Positions 14,989-20,000 of a stretch of 20,000 nucleotides of DNA are shown piece after piece (position 1 is the stretch's first letter; each line of letters begins with the position of its first letter). This DNA comes from an uncultured virus (IMG/VR IMGVR_UViG_3300042890_000801) (Duplodnaviria; Heunggongvirae; Uroviricota; Caudoviricetes): IMG/VR virus record IMGVR_UViG_3300042890_000801; one strand, 5' to 3'. The notes beneath the pieces are model-generated. The model worked only from the letters and a program-made list of their open reading frames with translations, did not search any database and was not told where the DNA came from. Position numbers and translations under genes: made by a program.

Positions 14989-15771
14989 TCATACTCCTTT
15001 CATCAAACTTATTTTCATGGGTTGGTATAAATCCGTTGTCTCTACGCTGTACATGCTTCGTTCTATATGTGCTCCTGTTTGTGTTACGTCTATCTTCCAC
15101 GGCACTTGCCCCGGTATTAGTATCCCCGCCTCGAACTTGTCCAGCACCTCCATCATGGTTGTCTTTGTTACGATATGGCTCCCCCCATCCTCTGGCATGG
15201 TGCCCCAATAAGCACGGGTATTGTCTATGATGGCTTGTGGCAGGGGGGTTAGCCCGTTGCTGTCTCTCCACCCAATGTCTCGCACTCGGAGATTGTTTTT
15301 TGCTGGGGCATTGCCCCTCGCCGCGTCGATAACGCCCGCCATGTACCGAGAGTATGACTCTTTGTAAACTCTGTAGTCCCACGTATATTTGACATCGTAA
15401 GGTGCGTTCACCCACTTTTTGAGCGATGGGCAGGGGACAATGTAATACTGAAGGGCGTCATTGTTGCTACCTTCTACGAACAATCCAACAGGACTCACTC
15501 CACGCGGTACAGCTTCCAAATTTAGCTTCTTTGTACGCGAAAAACCACAACGCCTGAAATCCCCGTTCAACATACCGGCATGGATGAACATGTCTATTTC
15601 TGGTAGGTACAAACTATGATTGATAGGAGTTGTGGTTTTTGGGTGCTTTTCCTCATTTTTAGACGCGTCTAAAAATTTCAACATCGCCGCTTCTATATAA
15701 GGAGTGAGGAGGGGCACAAGGGCTTGTGCGAGGGTGTGGAGTTTGGCATTTTCGTCTGGTTGGTGGGTCAT
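14989..15771 (-). CDS. Hypothetical protein (260 aa)
   Basis: Long ORF, SD GGAG, own candidate promoter; no family recognised. Confidence 0.7.
   Translation of the reverse strand: MTHQPDENAKLHTLAQALVPLLTPYIEAAMLKFLDASKNEEKHPKTTTPINHSLYLPEIDMFIHAGMLNGDFRRCGFSRTKKLNLEAVPRGVSPVGLFVEGSNNDALQYYIVPCPSLKKWVNAPYDVKYTWDYRVYKESYSRYMAGVIDAARGNAPAKNNLRVRDIGWRDSNGLTPLPQAIIDNTRAYWGTMPEDGGSHIVTKTTMMEVLDKFEAGILIPGQVPWKIDVTQTGAHIERSMYSVETTDLYQPMKISLMKGV
15655..15676. repeat. Perfect 22-bp palindrome ATTTTTAGAC-GC-GTCTAAAAAT (2-nt spacer variant)
   Basis: Inside the 260-aa gene. Confidence 0.85.
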
Positions 15772-15863
15772 TGTTAGCTCCGTTATTTGTGTTGAAAAAT
15801 GGGTGTAATAATCATAATGTTATGAAAGTGTTTTGGGCCTCCTGTTTGTTTGAAGGTTGGGGA

Positions 15864-15892
15864 AGGGTACAGCAAAAAAATTGGAGTGTCAA
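15864..15892 (-). promoter_or_regulatory. Candidate promoter TTGACA-N17-TACCCT
   Basis: TGTCAA 15887-15892, AGGGTA 15864-15869; upstream of the 260-aa gene. Confidence 0.45.
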
Positions 15893-16020
15893 GGAAAATA
15901 ACAAACAAGAAGCGCAAAACACAATCATAACATATTATGAAAGTGAGGAGGAAAATTGGGGCGGGATTGGTGTATTAGGAAAGGCTAATGTCAGGAGCGA
16001 CGCGGGTTGTGGAGAGAGCG

Positions 16021-16149
16021 TTATGTTAGTTAGTATTATTACGTTAGTTATACCAGATTTAACTCTAATAGTATAGAACGCTACGAAAAATGGACACCCG
16101 AGGAATCATCACTTGGGGAGCTAATCCTGACATAACTAACATAATAATA
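16021..16149. repeat. AT-rich inverted/direct repeat cluster (TTAYGTTAGTTA x3)
   Basis: 16034-16051 versus 16132-16149 inverted 17/18; further copy at 16021-16032. Confidence 0.8.
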
Positions 16150-16319
16150 ATAATAACAATAACAAAAGAAAAATTAGAAAATAAAAATCCCCAACCAAAA
16201 AACCAATTAAGATTTTTTCTCCTCCCCCTCCCGACCCGTGCCCCTCCCCAGCCCTTCGGCCTAGTTCCGTAGAAAGAAAACTGGCTTCAAAAATTTAGAC
16301 GTCGAAAACCTTCGGGCGC

Positions 16320-16345
16320 AAAAAAGCCCCGCTCCAGCGGGGCTT
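16320..16345 (-). terminator. Rho-independent terminator
   Basis: Minus strand AAGCCCCGCT-GG-AGCGGGGCTTTTTT, downstream of 16411..17181. Confidence 0.85.
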
Positions 16346-16351
16346 GATGGG

Positions 16352-16414
16352 TTACAGACCTGATGCTAGCAACAGCAACAGGAAAACTAGATATGCCTTG
16401 ACTTCATCGCTCAT
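16352..16414 (-). CDS. Possible 20-aa hydrophobic peptide
   Basis: MSDEVKAYLVFLLLLLASGL; ATGA-coupled to the upstream gene and ending just before the terminator. Confidence 0.4.
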   Translation of the reverse strand: MSDEVKAYLVFLLLLLASGL

Positions 16415-17181
16415 GCCTTGCCCCCCTTGCCGTTTAACATCACGTCGCGGGCCTCAACCAAACAACGTGTCACTATGGCGACGCTAGAATCTAAGCACAT
16501 TGCCAGAATAGGCGCGAACTCACTACGAAAAGCGTCGTTCTTGAAGAGCTGATCTAGCAAAATGGTGCAGTGCTCCCTAGGGCTAATGGGAGGCTCACTA
16601 TCGCCCGCTACATTGGGCCTCACTATCTCACCCTTGACCGCATCCTTTTGCGCCGCTACGGGCTTTGCAGAGGCCGCTTTGGAGGGTTCTTGTACGATGG
16701 GTGGGATTAGACTATCCACAGCCTTTTGAAAGGCCTCCAACTTTGCCGGTGGTGTGGGTGCCGCATCCGTCTGTGGGCTAGGAGTTTCTTCTTTAGGTTT
16801 ATGCACCTTTCCATAGGTGTTAGGCACGACAACCCCGGACCATGAAATCCACGTCTCACGCTTGCGCAGTCTGTCAGCGTTTTGCTCAGTAGGTAGAATT
16901 TTGTACTCGAAACTTGTTTTCAGTACGCCAAGCAGTCCATCAACATCTTTCACCTCAGCGGCGATAATCGCCGCCTTTATATCCTTGCCCAACTTTGTCC
17001 ATTTGTCATCCTTGTGTTCCTTGAAGAACGGCACGATAGCCTTTCTCAATTCACTGTTTGCCGATACTAAACCCGCCTGTTCCTCCTTGAGCGCGGCAAT
17101 CCTTACAGCATTGCCAGAGTATGCGAGACAATCGGTAACGAAAGCCTCAACGGGGGAAAGTTCTTTTACTTGTGCGTTCAT
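16411..17181 (-). CDS. Hypothetical protein (256 aa), first gene of the leftward arm
   Basis: Helical N-terminus, Pro/Ala-rich linker; preceded by two sigma70-like promoters and followed by a terminator. Confidence 0.75.
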   Translation of the reverse strand: MNAQVKELSPVEAFVTDCLAYSGNAVRIAALKEEQAGLVSANSELRKAIVPFFKEHKDDKWTKLGKDIKAAIIAAEVKDVDGLLGVLKTSFEYKILPTEQNADRLRKRETWISWSGVVVPNTYGKVHKPKEETPSPQTDAAPTPPAKLEAFQKAVDSLIPPIVQEPSKAASAKPVAAQKDAVKGEIVRPNVAGDSEPPISPREHCTILLDQLFKNDAFRSEFAPILAMCLDSSVAIVTRCLVEARDVMLNGKGGKA

Positions 17182-17249
17182 GCTTGTGTCTCTCAATCAA
17201 AACCCGCGTAACCGACGCGGTTCGGTGGCTGGTTTTCCAGCGTGGCCAT

Positions 17250-17279
17250 AGAATATCACTAACTTTTTTCGATTGTCAA
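17250..17279 (-). promoter_or_regulatory. Promoter TTGACA-N18-TATTCT with extended -10 TG
   Basis: TGTCAA 17274-17279; minus strand TGATATTCT. Confidence 0.7.
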
Positions 17280-17290
17280 CCCAGTATTTT

Positions 17291-17303
17291 CTAGACCGTC
17301 CAA
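17291..17303. repeat. Degenerate palindrome CTAGAC-C-GTCCAA
   Basis: 2 mismatches, T/A-tract flanks; between tandem promoters, 11 nt upstream of a -35 box. Confidence 0.65.
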
Positions 17304-17338
17304 AAATCGAAGCGCCTTTAAAGGTATTTAATACTTAT

Positions 17339-17368
17339 ATTATACCATACTTCTAGCGATGAAGTCAA
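17339..17368 (-). promoter_or_regulatory. Promoter TTGACT-N18-TATAAT with extended -10 TG
   Basis: AGTCAA 17363-17368; minus strand TGGTATAAT. Confidence 0.7.
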
Positions 17369-17580
17369 CGTAAGTGATTGATTTACAAGGGAATAGGGCT
17401 GAACAAAGTCGCAAACGATACCCCACCGTACCCGGAGCCCCCGCTGTGTGGATAGGAGTCCCGTGGTGTATGTAGACTATGTTCCATAGCCGCAAATGCC
17501 AAAATTTTTGCAAAAAGTGACATCGAATAACCCCACCCCCTGAAGGGAAATTTTTCTAGCGTAGGAGTCCCTACCTCCCC

Positions 17581-17609
17581 TTGCCTTTATTTTTTTGTTG
17601 TGATATTTT
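17581..17609 (+). promoter_or_regulatory. Candidate rightward promoter TTGCCT-N17-TATTTT with extended -10
   Basis: TTGCCT 17581-17586, TGATATTTT 17601-17609, 30 nt before the small terminase ATG. Confidence 0.5.
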
Positions 17610-17639
17610 AGCGCCTCTGGTTCTCATACCTGCTGATAT

Positions 17640-18182
17640 ATGGAAGATTTTGATCTACTGCGTGACCATCCCGAGGCAGATGCCTATCTGCTGTCGTTTG
17701 ATATTATCTTAGAGTTCTTGGACGTTCCGCCAAGTGCCGCTCTGTTCTTGCCCCCTGAACCAGATCGCGTGTTAACACGCCAAGAGAAAGAGTGGGTGCG
17801 AGAGGCAAAGAAAAACCCGGACAATGCAGATATCATCAACAATCCACCTTCGGCTCCAGCGCTTCGTGCCATACAAAAACAACTCGAAACGTACAATGGC
17901 CCCATGCCGGTCACGAAGGAGCAATGGCAGAATTACATCATGAAGCAATATTTCACGATGACCAAAGATGCCGATCCAAAGGTAAGTAAGCCCGCGTTAG
18001 ACGCACTGGCAAGAACCAATATCGTGGGCCTGCACACAGACGTGCAGGAGATAAATATCAACACACACTCCACCATCGAACTCGAAGCAACGCTAGCGCA
18101 GAAACTGCAGCAGATAATAAGTAAGAAGAACCTACCCGTCGAAGAAGAGCCTATCGAAGCAGAGTGGAGCGAAGCCGAGTGA
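17640..18182 (+). CDS. Probable terminase small subunit
   Basis: Position immediately before and coupled (GTGA) to the large terminase; D.DPKV..ALD.LA..VGL.T..EINI pattern. Confidence 0.65.
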   Translation: MEDFDLLRDHPEADAYLLSFDIILEFLDVPPSAALFLPPEPDRVLTRQEKEWVREAKKNPDNADIINNPPSAPALRAIQKQLETYNGPMPVTKEQWQNYIMKQYFTMTKDADPKVSKPALDALARTNIVGLHTDVQEININTHSTIELEATLAQKLQQIISKKNLPVEEEPIEAEWSEAE

Positions 18183-19684
18183 TAGACGAGACAGAAATGC
18201 AGGAAGCCTTGGCGCTCGCCAGCCCCGCAGAAAAAATCGAGCTACTACGGCTTGTAGAGGAGATAGAGAAGAGGAAGACAAGGGACACCGCACAAGGAGA
18301 TTTTCTTTTTTTCGTCAAAACGCAGTGGCCAGACTTTATCGAAGGTGCTCATCACAGAAGAATTGCCAAGCTGTTTAATGACATTGCCGAAGGTAAGAAG
18401 AAGCGAATCATCATCAACCTCGCTCCGCGTCATACCAAATCTGAGTTTGCGTCTTATCTGTTCCCGGCATGGTTCCTAGGTAAGTTTCCTAAGAAGAAGA
18501 TCATGCAGGTGTCGAACACGGGGGAGTTGGCGGAAGGATTTGGTAGAAAAGTGCGAAATCTGCTGGATACTGAAGAGTATCGTTCCATATTTCCCGAAGT
18601 GGAGCTTCGCTCAGATTCCAAGGCAGCAGGGCGATGGAATACAAATTACAACGGGGAATACTACGCTTGCGGTATCGGTGCAGCGCTAGCAGGGCGAGGT
18701 GCTGACATTGCCATTATTGACGACCCACATACTGAAGCCGAAGCGCTAACAGCTATTTTTAATCCCGGTGTGTACGATAAAGTTTACGATTGGTATACAT
18801 CAGGTGTTCGGCAGCGTCTGCAGCCGGGTGGGGCCATCATCATCGTACAAACTCGCTGGTCACTCCGTGACCTCACAGGGCAGATTCTGGAAAACTCACA
18901 GAACAAAAAAGGTACAGATCAGTGGGAGGTGTTTGAGTTTCCCGCGATTATGCCGTCAGGCAAATCTCTCTGGCCGGAGTTCTGGAGCATTAAAGAGTTA
19001 GAGGCAATTAAAGCGGAACTCCCTGCGGGCAAATGGCAGGCGCAGTACCAACAGAACCCCACCAGTGACGAAACCGCGATCATCAAGCGGGACATGTGGA
19101 ACACATGGAAAAAGGATAAGCCTCCAAAGTGCGAGTACACGTTGATGAGTTTCGACTGTGCCTTTGAAGCCAAGCAGACGGCAGACTATAGTGCTATGAC
19201 GCTGTGGGGAGTGTGGTACAACGAAGAAGAGATGGAAGAGTGCGTCATTCTTCTGGACGCGTGGCGAGGTAAGCTGGAGTTCCCAGAGTTGAAGGCAAAG
19301 GCATTGGAGCTATATAAAGAGCATGAGCCTGACAGCGTAATCATAGAAAAAAAGGCCAGTGGTGGACCCTTAATATACGAACTAAGAAAGATGGGTATCC
19401 CCGTGCAGGAGTTCACGCCCTCAAGAGGTAACGACAAAATAGCCCGCCTCAATGCTATCGTAGACGTATTCGCTTCCGGCAAGGTGTGGGCACCCGACAG
19501 GCGTTGGGCTGAGGACGTGATTGAAGAGACAGCGAGTTTTCCAAACGGACGCCACGACGACTACGTAGACACCCTGAGCCAAGCCCTCAATCGTATCCGA
19601 AAAGGAGGGATGGTAAGAACCAAACACGACGAAGATGATGAAGCCGACAGTTGGCGATATAGAAAATTAGCAGCTTATTACTAG
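18179..19684 (+). CDS. terL: Terminase large subunit (Terminase_6-type ATPase plus RNase H-like nuclease)
   Basis: Walker A NLAPRHTKSE, GRGAD, Walker B IAIIDDP, QTRW, YQQNP, nuclease SFDCA, IEKKASG, FPNGRHDDYVD; GTG 18179 with SD GGAG. Confidence 0.95.
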   Translation: MIDETEMQEALALASPAEKIELLRLVEEIEKRKTRDTAQGDFLFFVKTQWPDFIEGAHHRRIAKLFNDIAEGKKKRIIINLAPRHTKSEFASYLFPAWFLGKFPKKKIMQVSNTGELAEGFGRKVRNLLDTEEYRSIFPEVELRSDSKAAGRWNTNYNGEYYACGIGAALAGRGADIAIIDDPHTEAEALTAIFNPGVYDKVYDWYTSGVRQRLQPGGAIIIVQTRWSLRDLTGQILENSQNKKGTDQWEVFEFPAIMPSGKSLWPEFWSIKELEAIKAELPAGKWQAQYQQNPTSDETAIIKRDMWNTWKKDKPPKCEYTLMSFDCAFEAKQTADYSAMTLWGVWYNEEEMEECVILLDAWRGKLEFPELKAKALELYKEHEPDSVIIEKKASGGPLIYELRKMGIPVQEFTPSRGNDKIARLNAIVDVFASGKVWAPDRRWAEDVIEETASFPNGRHDDYVDTLSQALNRIRKGGMVRTKHDEDDEADSWRYRKLAAYY

Positions 19685-19693
19685 GAGGAGAGA

Positions 19694-20000
19694 ATGAATT
19701 TAGAAGAAGCCCTGTTGGAAGTACAAAAAATAACACGTCACATGGGAAAACCAAAAATGTCAGCAGCAGAATACAACGCATGGGAGAAGTACATTAAAGA
19801 AGAGTACGCCGATGCAGAGAACGAATTAGTAAAAGAAACAGAAAAAAGAGAAAGCGCAGAGAAAAAAGCTAACGACTACCAAGTAGGTGGGTCACACTAC
19901 AAAGACAAACGAGTGCAGCCGTGGGATGTGATCGACACTCTGCCTCATGCACAGGCTATCGGCTTTTACAAGGGCAATGCGATCAAGTATATAATGCGGG
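19694..20000 (+). CDS. DUF3310-like (T7 gp1.7-like nucleotide kinase domain) protein; runs off the window
   Basis: Manual translation ..ANDYQVGGSHYKDKRVQPWDVID..GFYKGNAIKYIMR; SD AGGAGG. Confidence 0.85.
   Translation, partial: MNLEEALLEVQKITRHMGKPKMSAAEYNAWEKYIKEEYADAENELVKETEKRESAEKKANDYQVGGSHYKDKRVQPWDVIDTLPHAQAIGFYKGNAIKYIMR

Noticed and set aside
476..16272. Plus-strand ORFs in the leftward arm (e.g. 619..1149, 5077..5568, 15726..16076, 16090..16272)
   Set aside because: Shadow frames of well-supported minus-strand genes or low-complexity sequence; no RBS or motifs.
1..20000. tRNA genes, integrase, reverse transcriptase/DGR, alternative genetic code
   Set aside because: No cloverleaf or such motifs seen; genes read through with the standard code and use all three stop codons.

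Overview
A segment of a tailed dsDNA phage (Caudoviricetes) genome with divergent organisation. Everything from 1 to about 17,180 is on the minus strand (early/middle/replication arm): family A DNA polymerase (truncated by the window), VRR-NUC nuclease, TPR-glycosyltransferase, ThyX, MazG-like pyrophosphatase, an HExxH-metallopeptidase/VWA protein with its AAA+ ATPase, a DUF3150-like protein, a DenV-like pyrimidine-dimer glycosylase, a shortened HNH protein and many small hypothetical genes. From 17,640 the plus strand carries a probable small terminase, the large terminase and a DUF3310-like protein. The most striking signals are non-coding. A 13-bp palindrome TTAGAC-N-GTCTAA occurs 9 times, plus 4 variants, only in the leftward arm and its upstream control region. 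Three times it forms part of a repeated cassette: consensus sigma70 promoter with a palindromic -10, then a 5-bp-stem/CCYYA-loop hairpin with compensatory base changes, then the palindrome, then a start codon. An AT-rich inverted-repeat region (15.8-16.26 kb) and a two-unit repeat upstream of the small terminase are candidate origin and packaging sites. All family calls come from motif recognition by eye, not database searches.
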